A stretch of 64,000 nt of DNA from an uncultured Spirochaetota bacterium (GCA_963827275.1 CAWHAA010000004.1:160001-224000), one strand, 5' to 3'. Numbered from the stretch's first letter, positions 19,079-29,152 are shown. Numbers and translations are program-made. The notes: generated by a model from the sequence alone, not told the origin.

Positions 19079-19655
19079 ATGGACTTCAAGAAACTCGTAA
19101 CAACAAGCCGCAGCTACCGGAGATTTTACCAGGACCAAGCGATCACGAGGGAGACGCTCCGCGACCTTGTCGGCCTGGCGCGGCTCGCGCCGTCCGCGGC
19201 GAACCGCCAGCCGCTCCGCTATATCCTCTCCTGCGACCCGGAAAAGAACGCGCGTATATTCCCGCACCTTGCCTGGGCCGCGTACCTGAAAGACTGGCCG
19301 GGCCCGTCCGAGGGGGAGCGTCCCTCGGCCTACATCATCATGCTGAACGATGCTGAGCATCTCGAAGGCCGTCGAGTGGGACCACGGCATCGCGGCGCAG
19401 ACGATCCTCCTCGGCGCTGCCTCCCTGGGACTGGGCGGGTGCATTATCGCCAGCATAAAGAAAGAGGCCCTCATGGCCACGCTCAATATCCCGGCGCGGT
19501 ACGGGGTCCTTCTCGTGCTGGCCCTGGGGAAGCCGAAGGAGACGGTCGTCATTGACCCGGTCGGCGCCGAAGGCGACATCCGGTATTTCCGTGACGGCGA
19601 CGGCGTCCACCATGTGCCGAAGCGCTCCCTTGACGAGCTGGTCCTGGACCTGTGA
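19079..19655 (+). pseudogene. Nitroreductase family protein, frameshifted near 19350
   Basis: RSYRRF and APSAANRQPL in the first frame; DHGIAAQTILLGA..LGLGGCII…LALGKP…HHVPKR in the second. One extra base at …GATGCTGAGCATC…. Confidence 0.85.
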
Positions 19656-19674
19656 TGCACCGGGGCGCCAGGCC

Positions 19675-20430
19675 ATGTTCCGCGTCACTATCCGCTTCTA
19701 CGAAGAGCTGAACGACTTTCTCCCGCCCGCGCGCAGGAAACGGGACGTTGAATTCGAGTTTTCCGGACGCCGGTCGGTCAAGGACCTGATAGAGTCGCTG
19801 GGTGTGCCGCACGTGGAAGTGGACCTGATACTGGTGAACGGGGAGTCGGTCGGGTTCGGCCGCATCGTCGCGGACGGCGACCGGATCAGCGTGTATCCGG
19901 TGTTCGAATCGCTTGACATCGGGACCGTGACGCGCCTGCGGCCCGATCCGCTCAGGGACCCGCGCTTCGTGCTGGACGTGCACCTCCGGAAGCTCGCGCG
20001 CCATCTCCGCCTGCTCGGCTTCGACGTTGACTGGCTGCCGGACCGCGACGACGGCGAGCTGGCGGACATCGCGGAGCGGGAAGGGCGCATCCTCCTGTCC
20101 CGCGACCTTCAGCTCATGATGCGGAAAAAGGTGTCGCGGGGCCTGTACGTGCGGAATACCGACCCGTCGAAGCAGGTCACGGAGGTGCTGGAGCGCCTGC
20201 AGCTGTTCGGTCTGTGCCGGCCCTTCACCCGCTGCGTGGAATGCAACGGGCTGATGCGGCCGCTCGACATCGCCGCGCCCGGCTCTGACGCTGCCGCGGC
20301 CATACCGCCGGGCGTGCTCGCCTGGTGCCGGGAATATTACCGGTGCGGGGAGTGCGGCCGCATCTACTGGAAAGGGAGCCATTACGACAAATTGAAGAAT
20401 AGGGTTGAAGGAATACTGAATGGCAGATGA
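19675..20430 (+). CDS. Mut7-C RNase (PIN-like) protein with N-terminal ubiquitin-like domain and C-terminal Zn ribbon
   Basis: RFYEELNDFL…SVKDLIESLGVPHVEVDLILVNG…GDRISVYP; FVLDVHLRKLARHLRLLGFD; RCVECN…CGECGRIYWKGSH. Confidence 0.92.
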   Translation: MFRVTIRFYEELNDFLPPARRKRDVEFEFSGRRSVKDLIESLGVPHVEVDLILVNGESVGFGRIVADGDRISVYPVFESLDIGTVTRLRPDPLRDPRFVLDVHLRKLARHLRLLGFDVDWLPDRDDGELADIAEREGRILLSRDLQLMMRKKVSRGLYVRNTDPSKQVTEVLERLQLFGLCRPFTRCVECNGLMRPLDIAAPGSDAAAAIPPGVLAWCREYYRCGECGRIYWKGSHYDKLKNRVEGILNGR

Positions 20431-20878
20431 CGGAGAATTCATGCGGCTGGCGCTCTCCCTTGCCCGCGAGGCTTCCGCCGCGGGCGAGGTCCCGGTGGGG
20501 GCGGTCGTGGTAAAGGACGGCGCGGTGCTTGCGTCGGCCCGCAACGACAACCGGGAGCGCAGCGACCCCGTTCGCCACGCGGAGATCAACGCCATCGAGC
20601 GGGCCTGCGCCGCGCTCGGCAACGAGCGCCTCACCGGGTGCGACCTGTACGTGACCAAGGAGCCGTGCGCCATGTGCGCCGGCGCGATCGTACATGCCCG
20701 GATCCGCAGGCTTGTGATCGGGACGCGCGATACGCGCTACGGTGCCTGCGGCACGGTGCTCACCGTGTGCGGAAACCGCGCGCTGAACCACGTGCCCGAT
20801 ATAGAGTTCGGGCTGTATGAAGATGAGGCGGCCGGTCTTTTGAAAGTGTTTTTCCAGATGAAGAGAAACGGCGGATGA
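20420..20878 (+). CDS. tadA: tRNA adenosine(34) deaminase
   Basis: GEVPVGAV, HAE, EPCAMCAGAIVHARI, LNH. Confidence 0.92.
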   Translation: MADDGEFMRLALSLAREASAAGEVPVGAVVVKDGAVLASARNDNRERSDPVRHAEINAIERACAALGNERLTGCDLYVTKEPCAMCAGAIVHARIRRLVIGTRDTRYGACGTVLTVCGNRALNHVPDIEFGLYEDEAAGLLKVFFQMKRNGG

Positions 20879-20984
20879 AAGGAGCCGCGGGTTGCCTGGC
20901 AATTAAATAAAAAAGCATTGCTTTTTTTTATATTTTCTATATCATCATGTATATTACCGAATAAAAAATAATGGAGGCCTGTCT

Positions 20985-21347
20985 ATGAATGATGGAAACA
21001 GCTTTATCGGTACGTTGATCTATCTGGCGATCATCGCTCTCATACTTGCCGGGATGTGGAAGGTCTTCGAGAAAGCGGGAAAACCCGGGTGGGCCGCGAT
21101 CATACCAATTTATAATATTATCGTTTTACTCCAGATCCTTGGCAAACCGCTCTGGTGGATAGTACTGTTCCTTATTCCTATCGTTAACCTGGTGGTTTTC
21201 ATCATGGTTTCAATGGACCTCGCTGTTTGTTTCGGTAAAAGCAAGGCCTGGGGATTCGGTTTGTTATGCATCCTGCCATTCATAGGATACCCAATGCTGG
21301 GCTTTGGACCGGAGAAGTTTTCAGCCCCGGCGAAGTCCGCATCATAA
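20985..21347 (+). CDS. DUF5684-like membrane protein
   Basis: WKVFEKAGKPGWAAIIPIYN…FGK…. Confidence 0.85.
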   Translation: MNDGNSFIGTLIYLAIIALILAGMWKVFEKAGKPGWAAIIPIYNIIVLLQILGKPLWWIVLFLIPIVNLVVFIMVSMDLAVCFGKSKAWGFGLLCILPFIGYPMLGFGPEKFSAPAKSAS

Positions 21348-21359
21348 TGTGATGATGTG

Positions 21360-21405
21360 CGGCATGTGCCGCTGATATGCGGGACATGCCGTAATCTGTT
21401 TTTTA
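21360..21405 (+). terminator. Probable intrinsic terminator
   Basis: CGGCATGT…ACATGCCG stem followed shortly by a T run. Confidence 0.5.
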
Positions 21406-21479
21406 AATGATAAATGCAAGCGATCTAGAGTAGTAAAAAACCTGTTGTGTGTATTATCTGAAAATATTGGAGGCCCTCG

Positions 21480-21896
21480 ATGTCTGATATCCAGAGACCG
21501 CCCGTGCTGACGCTCCTCGCCGTCCTTGCCGTCGTCACCGGCGCCTTTTCGCTGATCCGCGGGGGGCTTTTGATATTCGGCGGCATCAGCCAGCTGATGG
21601 ACGGCTACGGCGGGGCCCCGGAAATCGTTATCGGCGTGCTCGCCCTGGGGGTAGGCCTCCTCGCCGTCATCAGCGGGGCGATGGTGCTGCTGAACAGGAA
21701 GGAGGGGGTCCCGCTGCTGTGGAAATTCGGGATCGCGCTCATCGTTTATTCCCTGGTCTGGGTCGTGTACGCGAATGTAACCGGCGGCAAGGTGAGCTGG
21801 GTGAGCGTGCTTACCGAGCTGGCGATAGGCGCCATGACCCTCGGTATGATCAAGACCGGCAAGGAGATACAGGCGTACCTGGCATCGATGCAGTAA
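21480..21896 (+). CDS. Hypothetical 4-TM membrane protein
   Basis: Four hydrophobic segments; GGAGG RBS. Confidence 0.75.
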   Translation: MSDIQRPPVLTLLAVLAVVTGAFSLIRGGLLIFGGISQLMDGYGGAPEIVIGVLALGVGLLAVISGAMVLLNRKEGVPLLWKFGIALIVYSLVWVVYANVTGGKVSWVSVLTELAIGAMTLGMIKTGKEIQAYLASMQ

Positions 21897-21914
21897 TACC
21901 CTGGAGGTCACAGC

Positions 21915-22274
21915 ATGGCAATAGCGTCCCTTGTCCTTGGAATATTTTCTATCCTCTTCGCCCTGACCGGGCCGATCAGCTTCATCGGCATTTTCCTGGG
22001 CGCCGCCGGGATTGTCCTCGGGGTGCTGGCGCGCAAGCAGGAGCCCTCCGATGTCGCCACCGGCGGGCTTGTCACCTCGATTATCGGCACCGTGGTGGCG
22101 CTGGTCTTCAACATAGCCTGCGCCGCGTGCCTGTACGGCGGCTTCAAAATGTTCGAAGACGCGTCAAAAAACCCCCAGTCACAGGTACCCGTTATCACCA
22201 AGTCGCTTGAGGACCTGGCAAAGGGGCTCAAGGACCTTGAAAAAGAGGCGAACAAGCAGGCGGAGAAGAAATAA
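21915..22274 (+). CDS. DUF4190-like membrane protein
   Basis: MAIASLVLGI…GIVLG…ATGGLVTSIIG; GGAGG RBS. Confidence 0.8.
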   Translation: MAIASLVLGIFSILFALTGPISFIGIFLGAAGIVLGVLARKQEPSDVATGGLVTSIIGTVVALVFNIACAACLYGGFKMFEDASKNPQSQVPVITKSLEDLAKGLKDLEKEANKQAEKK

Positions 22275-22292
22275 ATAATCTGCAATGTCAAG

Positions 22293-22331
22293 CCCCCCTG
22301 ACCCCCGCAGGGGGCACGAATCAGAGGGCTG
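22293..22331 (+). repeat. Solo copy of the REP-like palindrome found at 18.7-19.0 kb
   Basis: CCCCCCTGACCCCC-GCA-GGGGGCACGAATCAGAGGGCTG. Confidence 0.85.
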
Positions 22332-22361
22332 GTCTTTGGACAATGATGAAATTTGGTTACC

Positions 22362-23132
22362 ATGCACCCCATCCTCATACAATTTACCTTTTTAAACAAG
22401 CAGACCGTCATCGGCGCCTACGGCGTCATGATGGTCGTTGCCCTTGCGGCCGCCACCGGGCTGTCGCTTTTCATCGCCCGGCGATACGGGTACCGGCCGG
22501 GCGATTTCATCAATCACTGCATACTCGGGTCAGCCGCGGTGGTGATGGGGGCATACATCGCCGGCTTCCTCGTGTTCCTTCCTGAACGTATCGGAAAAGA
22601 ATTTATCGATTATCCGCCGGCGCTGGTGAGCTGGGGAGGCATCACCGGCGGCCTCGCGGCCCTTGCGTTCATGAAATATAAATGGCACGAGCCCCTCCCG
22701 CTTCTCGCCGACATATTCACCCCGGGATACCTCGTCGGGCTGGGGATCGGCAGGATCGGGTGCTTCTTCGCAGGGTGCTGCTACGGCGTGCGTTCAGCGG
22801 CCCGCGTCGCCGTCACCTTTACCGATCCGGCCGCGCCGGCGTCGGCGATGCAGCAGCCGCTCGTGCCGGTGCAGCTCATCAGCGCGGCGTTCCTGGTCTG
22901 CGCCGGGCTGGTCTTTGTTCCTGTCGTGCTCCGGAAGAAACATGCCGGCGCCGCCTTCGCAGCGTCCGCGGTCGTGTACTCTATCTTCCGGTTCGTCATC
23001 GAATTCTGGAGAGACGATCCGCGGCTGTTCCTGCTCGGGTTATCGGACGGGCAGATTTTTTCAATACTATACTTTCTGCTGGGGGCGGGGGTGGCGGGGC
23101 ATGCGTATTACAAGTCCCGCACGTTACCCTGA
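22362..23132 (+). CDS. lgt: Prolipoprotein diacylglyceryl transferase family protein (divergent)
   Basis: MHPIL, YG, WGG, GRIGCFFAGCCYG, PVQL, FRFVIEFWRDD. Confidence 0.8.
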   Translation: MHPILIQFTFLNKQTVIGAYGVMMVVALAAATGLSLFIARRYGYRPGDFINHCILGSAAVVMGAYIAGFLVFLPERIGKEFIDYPPALVSWGGITGGLAALAFMKYKWHEPLPLLADIFTPGYLVGLGIGRIGCFFAGCCYGVRSAARVAVTFTDPAAPASAMQQPLVPVQLISAAFLVCAGLVFVPVVLRKKHAGAAFAASAVVYSIFRFVIEFWRDDPRLFLLGLSDGQIFSILYFLLGAGVAGHAYYKSRTLP

Positions 23133-23336
23133 AGCGCGCGCTTCAGGCCTATTCCTTCAAAGCCAGCTCCATTGATCCCATCAGTGACTGTCTTCCGAAG
23201 TCCTGCCATCATGACGGGGATGCCTCTTGTTTTTCAATCCACCTGCCGTAATTAATAATATATTTCAGTATAATAGGATAGGTCTCGATAATATATACGG
23301 CAAACTGCGCCCACATTGCGCTAAATGAGGTAAAAG

Positions 23337-24731
23337 ATGGCCGGCATACTGGATCGATTGACCGCTCGTCTTAAAACGTCGGACTATATCATCAGGCTCA
23401 AGGCGGCCTTTGTCCTGCGCATCTGCATCGGCGGCGTTATCGTGACACCCGTCAGCATCGGGTATACCATATATATTAATCTCAACAATCCCGTATATGG
23501 ATACAGTATCTACTGGGAAGGGCTTGCGCCCCTCATAGTGCTGACAGGGGTCTTCGCCATCTGCATACTGGCGTTGAACCGCGGTTACTTTTCGGTCGCC
23601 GCGCATACCCTCTTCATCGTCGCCCTGTCCGTCGTATGGGTTGTCATACTGATCGACAAGAGCTCCCCGGTGGGCCGCCTCGACACCATCGTGGTGATGA
23701 TTGCCCTCCTTTCAATGGGCCCGCTGATAGTCGCCAGGAATGGCATTCTCATTCCCCTCTATTCGGCTGTTACTGTCGCGCTGGTCATCCTGTTCGGGTA
23801 CACCCAGGGGCCCGGCATGGGAATCAGCTACAGCAACATGGTCGATTTCATCATGGACACGGGGGCCGCCGCGATTATCATCGCGATAATATCCTACAAC
23901 CTGTTTTCCACCAACCGGCAGGCGCTGGAGCATTCCGAGGACAGCAAGCTCAAGCTCTCGGCGAGTAATAAGGAGCTCGCGGCGACCAATGAGGAGCTCG
24001 CGGCGACCAATGAGGAGCTCGAGGCCGCCATGGAGGAGCTGACCGCGACCAACGAGGAGTTCGAGGCGCAGAATCTTGAGCTCATCAAGTCCCAGGAGGC
24101 CATAAGTGACTCCCTCGAGGAAAAAATAGTCATGCTCAAGGAGATCCATCACCGCGTAAAGAACAACATGCAGATCGTGTCCAGCCTGCTCAATCTCCAG
24201 TCCCTGAACATCGAGAACCCGGCCGTCAGGCAGATCATACAGGACGCGGTCGGCAGGATCCATTCCATGGCGCTTATCCACGAGAAAATATACCGGGCCG
24301 ACAACTTCTCGCAGTTCAACATGGCAGCCTACCTGAACGATCTGGCCGACGAGGTCATTTCGCTCTATTCCAGCATACCGAATGCGATCAGGGTGGATTC
24401 GGATATGGAGCAGATCTACCTGCCGGTCGATCAGGCGGTGCCCTGCGGCATCCTGATAAACGAGGTCCTCACGAATGCCATGAAACACGGGTGCAGGGAC
24501 GCCGGCGACTGCCGGATAGAGCTGTCCATGAGCAGAAAGGACGGGATGGTCACCATCAGCATCGCTGACTCGGGCCCCGGCATGGACCCGGAGCTCTACG
24601 GGAGCGAGAAGAAGAAGACCATGGGTCTCCAGATCATCGAGGCGCTGGCGCAGCAGCTGAACGCGGAGCTACGGCTCGAGGTCGATGAGGGAACCAGGTT
24701 CACCATACGCTTCATGGAAAAGGCAGTATGA
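23337..24731 (+). CDS. Membrane sensor histidine kinase, HisKA_2/HWE type
   Basis: About 6 TM helices; heptad coiled coil ELAATNEELAATNEEL; EIHHRVKNN; NEVLTNAMKH; DSGPG. Confidence 0.93.
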   Translation: MAGILDRLTARLKTSDYIIRLKAAFVLRICIGGVIVTPVSIGYTIYINLNNPVYGYSIYWEGLAPLIVLTGVFAICILALNRGYFSVAAHTLFIVALSVVWVVILIDKSSPVGRLDTIVVMIALLSMGPLIVARNGILIPLYSAVTVALVILFGYTQGPGMGISYSNMVDFIMDTGAAAIIIAIISYNLFSTNRQALEHSEDSKLKLSASNKELAATNEELAATNEELEAAMEELTATNEEFEAQNLELIKSQEAISDSLEEKIVMLKEIHHRVKNNMQIVSSLLNLQSLNIENPAVRQIIQDAVGRIHSMALIHEKIYRADNFSQFNMAAYLNDLADEVISLYSSIPNAIRVDSDMEQIYLPVDQAVPCGILINEVLTNAMKHGCRDAGDCRIELSMSRKDGMVTISIADSGPGMDPELYGSEKKKTMGLQIIEALAQQLNAELRLEVDEGTRFTIRFMEKAV

Positions 24732-24845
24732 CGGAAAGACCGCCCCTCCTCGAAAGTGCCAGATGCGCCGGACCTTTCGATGCATCTACCCTTCCCTGAA
24801 TTTCTCACGGGACCACTTCCGGCAGAAAAGAGCCGGGCAGTTGGA

Positions 24846-26285
24846 TTAACATCTTCTCCTCCATTCCGCGTAGCGGCACAGCGCCCGTGCGGCCCTGACC
24901 GCTCGTTCCGGGGTCGGCAGGAAGGGGATGCCGGATCCGTGCAGGTGCGCGATAAGGGACTCGTCGAGGTTAAGGAACGTTGAGCATATGATCGGGACCG
25001 GCAGGCCGAGCAGCGTCTCGGCGATCCGGTGTTTAAGCACGTCGCCGAGCTTCATGGCGGCGTCGATCATGTTCCTGTCGAGGCCCGGGGCCACGGCGGG
25101 ATGGTCGCGATAATGGAGGAAGGTCTCCACGCCGAAAAATCCGTAGAAGAGGACCAGGTCTACCTCGCCCGATTCGGCGATGAGGCGGGGCACCGTGCTG
25201 AAATACGCCTCCCAGTTATTGATGAAAGTAAAATCGACGGGATTGGAGAGCGACGCCGTCGGCGGTGCGTACTGCGCGATCGCTTTCTGGAGCGACGGCG
25301 AAAACCGGTGGAGCTCCATGCCGGTGCGGGCGACGGCATCGGCCATGACGGCGCCCGGACCCCCGCTGTTGGTGAGTATGCCCACACGCTTTCCGGCGGG
25401 CAGGCTGCAGCGGGAGAGGACGCACGCGAAATCGAACATCTCTTCGACAGACATGGCGCGGATAATGCCGGTCTGCCGGAACACGCCGTCCACGATTCCC
25501 TCGGGCGAGGCCATCGCCGCCGTGTGTGATGCCGTCGCGCGGGCGCCCGCGTCGGTGCCGCTCGCGTACAGCGCCACGATGGGCTTGAGCCGGGAGACCG
25601 ATGCCGCTTTCTCCATGAACGCGCGGCCCCGCCTGATGGCCTCGATGTAGCAGGTGATGGTCCGGATGGTGTCGCGGCCGGCCATGTAGTCCAGGCCGTC
25701 GACGATGTCGAGGTCGCCCTCGTTCCCCAGGCTGATCGCTTCCGCGTAATTAAGCCCGCGCGCGGAGAGGTAGGGCATGAGGTGGGTCACGAACGTTCCC
25801 GAATGGGAAAGCATCCCGATGAGGCCCGGCTTCCCGGAAAAGGGGAATATGGTGAAGTTGTAGCTCGCGTGGAGATTGGCCACGCCGATGCAGTTGGGGC
25901 CTACGTAGCGGAGGCCGTGCTTTTTCGCGGCCGCGTTCAGCTCCCGCTGCAGATCAGAGCCGCCGACTTCGTCGAAGCCTGCCGTGACGATGACGGCCCG
26001 CCTGATGCCGGCGGCCCCCAGCTCATCGATCAGCGGCGGCACGGATTTTGCCGGCAGGATGACGACCGCCAGATCGGGCCTTTCTTTGATCTCCGAAACG
26101 CTCCGGTAGGCGCGGAGGCCGAAAATCTCGCTTTCCCGCGGATGGATGGGGTAAATCGTGCCGGGATAGTGGTTGGTGAGCAGGGTCACGAGCAGGCCCG
26201 ATCCCATTTTTGCCGGATTGCCCGATGCCCCGTAAAAAACGATCGACCGGGCGTTCATTATTTCGTTGAGGGGATTCCCATCCAT
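24846..26285 (-). CDS. ADP-forming acyl-CoA synthetase alpha-subunit-like CoA-binding protein
   Basis: GASGNPAKMG, GPNCIG, SLGNEGDL, phospho-His motif ASHTAA, NSGG, NPVD. Confidence 0.9.
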   Translation of the reverse strand: MDGNPLNEIMNARSIVFYGASGNPAKMGSGLLVTLLTNHYPGTIYPIHPRESEIFGLRAYRSVSEIKERPDLAVVILPAKSVPPLIDELGAAGIRRAVIVTAGFDEVGGSDLQRELNAAAKKHGLRYVGPNCIGVANLHASYNFTIFPFSGKPGLIGMLSHSGTFVTHLMPYLSARGLNYAEAISLGNEGDLDIVDGLDYMAGRDTIRTITCYIEAIRRGRAFMEKAASVSRLKPIVALYASGTDAGARATASHTAAMASPEGIVDGVFRQTGIIRAMSVEEMFDFACVLSRCSLPAGKRVGILTNSGGPGAVMADAVARTGMELHRFSPSLQKAIAQYAPPTASLSNPVDFTFINNWEAYFSTVPRLIAESGEVDLVLFYGFFGVETFLHYRDHPAVAPGLDRNMIDAAMKLGDVLKHRIAETLLGLPVPIICSTFLNLDESLIAHLHGSGIPFLPTPERAVRAARALCRYAEWRRRC

Positions 26286-26471
26286 GTTGGCCTGCCTTGC
26301 TGCGTTCTATGATGCAATCATCATAAAAACGCGGGCCATACTGTCCACAATTTTTACTGTCGGGCCCCGGGGCATCTCGACACGATTAAATCTCCGGAAG
26401 AGAAGTCCGGAGAAATGTATTGTTATTGACAACACGCCTTTCTTTCCATAAATATGCGACATAATACATCT

Positions 26472-27458
26472 ATGAAAAAAGTCCTCCTTGCCACATCGAA
26501 GAATTCCCTCTACCGCGCGCCGCTAGAAGCGGGCGGGTATGCGGTGTCGGAATTCCCGCTTACGGCCGCTCCTGCCGCGCTCGATGAGGTGCGGCGCCTT
26601 CCGCTCCACGATTTTGTCCTGGCGGACGCGGCAGGGTGCACGGGCGAGACCTGCGGCCTCTACCGCGCGCTCCGGGAGAAGGGGAGGCTTATCTGCGTCG
26701 CCGACGGCATGAGGAAAGAGCTGAAGGAGCGGCTCCTCGACTGCGGCATATCCGATCTCCTCGTGAAATCCGAGCCGGCGTCGCTGGTCCCGCTGCTCCC
26801 GGTCATCGGCGAGGAGCGGGCCGGGGACGCCGGCTCGTTCATTATACTGGACGATGAGAACCCGGCGAGGGAGGTCCTCGGCGCCATCACCGCGCGGTTC
26901 AATTACAGCACGGTGCTTATCTCGACCACCGACGAGCTGTTCGACGGTGTCATCGGTCCCGGCGTGCGCTTCATCCTGGTAAACCTCGGGACGCGCGCAC
27001 TTGACCTGAACGGGCTGGTGAGGAAATTCTACGCGAGCGTCCCCGCCCGGGGCATCCCCGTGCTGGCGTACAAGGACATGCGCGAGGGGATGTTCGTCCA
27101 CGAGTTCGTGGGCGGACTGAACCGGCTCACCAGGTACATACTGGGGCTCGACGAGCTGTACGGGCTGCTGGTCGACCTGCTCTTCAGGAGGGAAGTCGTA
27201 CCGCTGGTCGCGCGATTGAACCGGGAGTCGCAGGCCGACGCGAACACGGCCTTCAACGCGGACACCCTGAACCAGGTCTTTTACATGTGCGAGAAGCGGC
27301 TGTTCGAAGGGACTGACCTGCTCGGCGACGACGCCCTGTCGTCAATGGCGCAGACGCTGCGCGCGCTGGAGCGGGCGGTCCGGAACGTGGAAACCCTGAA
27401 ATGGCTGAAGACCGGTATAGATCAGAACAGCATCAGTACTGCGGGAACGGGGGGATGA
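26472..27458 (+). CDS. Hypothetical protein with degenerate receiver-like folds
   Basis: Two (beta/alpha) segments starting KKVLLA and FIILDDE; no canonical phospho-Asp recognised. Confidence 0.6.
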   Translation: MKKVLLATSKNSLYRAPLEAGGYAVSEFPLTAAPAALDEVRRLPLHDFVLADAAGCTGETCGLYRALREKGRLICVADGMRKELKERLLDCGISDLLVKSEPASLVPLLPVIGEERAGDAGSFIILDDENPAREVLGAITARFNYSTVLISTTDELFDGVIGPGVRFILVNLGTRALDLNGLVRKFYASVPARGIPVLAYKDMREGMFVHEFVGGLNRLTRYILGLDELYGLLVDLLFRREVVPLVARLNRESQADANTAFNADTLNQVFYMCEKRLFEGTDLLGDDALSSMAQTLRALERAVRNVETLKWLKTGIDQNSISTAGTGG

Positions 27459-28074
27459 GCTTGTGTTCGAGCACCAGCTCCCCTTTCTTCATGTCGGTTA
27501 CCACCTGGAGTGAGATGGACTGACGGTATATCTCCTTCGGATCTGCGGGGTAGCAGGGCCGCCGCGCGTCATGGCAGCGAAGGCAGAGCTTTTCGCGCTT
27601 CTTGATGTTCTTGATGCCCAGGACCGGGTACATGCCGTTTTTCAGGGCGATATTGTAGGCGCCGAGCCGGTCCACCGTGTCAACATGGCCCGCGAACTCG
27701 GAGTAGCCGCTCCCCGGGCCGTGGCACGCCTCGCAGCCGACCCCTTCCTCGATCGTCTGCTGATGTTTGCCGCCCCCGGTCGTGTGACAGGAGAGGCACC
27801 GGCGGTCATTCGCCGGGGAGGCGATCGACAGCCTCTTTGCCAGGTCGATCGCCGGCGCGGTTTTCAGTATGAGCACCGCCTTGGCGTGGGGGGAGCGGAG
27901 CCACTTGTCATACTGGTTCCCAATCGAATCCGCGTCGTGGCACCTGCCGCACGACGCGCTCCCCAGGTAGGTGTGCTTCTTTTTTTCCGGCAGGGCGCGG
28001 ACCGAGAAGGCGAAGATAAGCAGCAGCGCGGCGCCGGCGGCCAGCGGTATGTTGATATGCATTCTGTGTTTCAT
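27433..28074 (-). CDS. Periplasmic tetraheme cytochrome c (c554-like)
   Basis: Four CxxCH motifs (CGRCH, CLSCH, CEACH, CLRCH); YLGS..C, W..SPHA, VGCEACHGPGS; signal peptide. Start uncertain. Confidence 0.9.
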   Translation of the reverse strand: MKHRMHINIPLAAGAALLLIFAFSVRALPEKKKHTYLGSASCGRCHDADSIGNQYDKWLRSPHAKAVLILKTAPAIDLAKRLSIASPANDRRCLSCHTTGGGKHQQTIEEGVGCEACHGPGSGYSEFAGHVDTVDRLGAYNIALKNGMYPVLGIKNIKKREKLCLRCHDARRPCYPADPKEIYRQSISLQVVTDMKKGELVLEHKLIPPFPQY

Positions 28075-28251
28075 CGGAATTCCCGCGTGTTGCATCTCCA
28101 CTATCCTATTGTTTTTATACCGTCAAGCAGTTAATGCGCCCGGCGTGCGGCCCCTGTGTCACGGGGATGCGGGGTATGCCGGCGTATCTTTAGTAAAATA
28201 GTATTGACATTCTGACCGGCGTGCTATGGAATCCTGTCACGGAGGGGGCCT

Positions 28252-28539
28252 GTGGCATCAACCGGACCAAATAACAGGAAGAAGCGGGTAGGTGAATTTC
28301 TTGTCGAAAACAGGATCATCACCCAGTCCTTGCTCAATGACGCCCTGGAATTGCAGAAGGACAATCCCGGGCGACTCATCGGCGAGATCCTGGTGACCCT
28401 CGGCGCCCTGTCGAAGGAACAGCTTGTCATGGCCCTTGAGATGTATCTCATGGAGACAGACGTCTCCCCCGCCCACGTGGATGAATGGCTCGATCAGGAC
28501 GAGGTGGACCTGATCATGAAAAAGATGAAGGAAAAGTAA
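28252..28539 (+). CDS. Stand-alone MshEN-like (T2SSE_N) domain protein
   Basis: RVGEFLVENRIITQSLLNDALELQ followed by LIGEILVTLGALSKEQLVMAL. Confidence 0.7.
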   Translation: MASTGPNNRKKRVGEFLVENRIITQSLLNDALELQKDNPGRLIGEILVTLGALSKEQLVMALEMYLMETDVSPAHVDEWLDQDEVDLIMKKMKEK

Positions 28540-28599
28540 CCCCCATTCGGTTCAATTTAGTTCTTGACAAACGGGCTGTAATATCCAACATATGCCCCC

Positions 28600-29016
28600 A
28601 TGATTGAATTCGAAGATAAAATATGTTTCGGCTGTGGCCCGGACAACGAGAAAGGACTCCAGCTGAAGCTGGAATTTGACGACGATACGAAAACAGCCTT
28701 TGGACAATATACCGCTCACGAGCTTCTGGAAGGGCCGCCCAACATCATACACGCCGGGGTGGTCGCCGCGATTCTCGATGAAACGATGATAACCGTCAAC
28801 AAGTACCTCGAGACAATCGCGCTTACGAGCGAATTGACGGTGCGGTATCTCCAGCCGGCCTACGTCGGCGAAAACCTCTATATACGCGGCTGGTATGTGA
28901 AAAAGAGCAAGCGGGTCATTGAAAACAGGGCCGAGATCGAAAATGAGATGGGCAAGATCGTGGCCAGGGCCAAGGGCAAGTATATAGAGTACGACGAAAT
29001 TCCCCAGCCAGATTAA
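28600..29016 (+). CDS. PaaI-family hotdog thioesterase
   Basis: CFGCGPDN..GL, HAGVVAAILDE, LTVRYLQP. Confidence 0.9.
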   Translation: MIEFEDKICFGCGPDNEKGLQLKLEFDDDTKTAFGQYTAHELLEGPPNIIHAGVVAAILDETMITVNKYLETIALTSELTVRYLQPAYVGENLYIRGWYVKKSKRVIENRAEIENEMGKIVARAKGKYIEYDEIPQPD

Positions 29017-29039
29017 TAATTCCGAAATCGAAACAACAA

Positions 29040-29123
29040 GCCGAAGTGGTGAAACTGGTAGACGCAGCGGACTCAAAATCCGCCGGTGGCAACACCATGA
29101 GGGTTCGATTCCCTCCTTCGGCA
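29040..29123 (+). tRNA. tRNA-Leu(CAA), CCA not encoded
   Basis: GCCGAAG/CTTCGGC acceptor stem; D-loop TGGTAGA; anticodon stem GCGGA-CT-CAA-AA-TCCGC; long variable arm; GGTTCGATTCC. Confidence 0.97.
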
Positions 29124-29129
29124 CACGGC

Positions 29130-29152
29130 AGCCCCGTTCACGGGGCTTTTTG
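29130..29152 (+). terminator. Intrinsic terminator after the tRNA
   Basis: AGCCCCG-TTCA-CGGGGCT followed by TTTT. Confidence 0.85.

Noticed and set aside
23295..23335. c-di-GMP-I riboswitch before the histidine kinase (GGCAAAC)
   Set aside because: Lacks the GNRA stem and the downstream GCAAAG/receptor elements.
23960..24070. GAGCTCGCGGCGACCAATGAG tandem repeat
   Set aside because: Ordinary heptad coiled-coil linker of the kinase.
28552..29124. 190-aa - strand ORF starting MPKEGIEPSW
   Set aside because: Reverse-complement translation of tRNA-Leu and the thioesterase gene.
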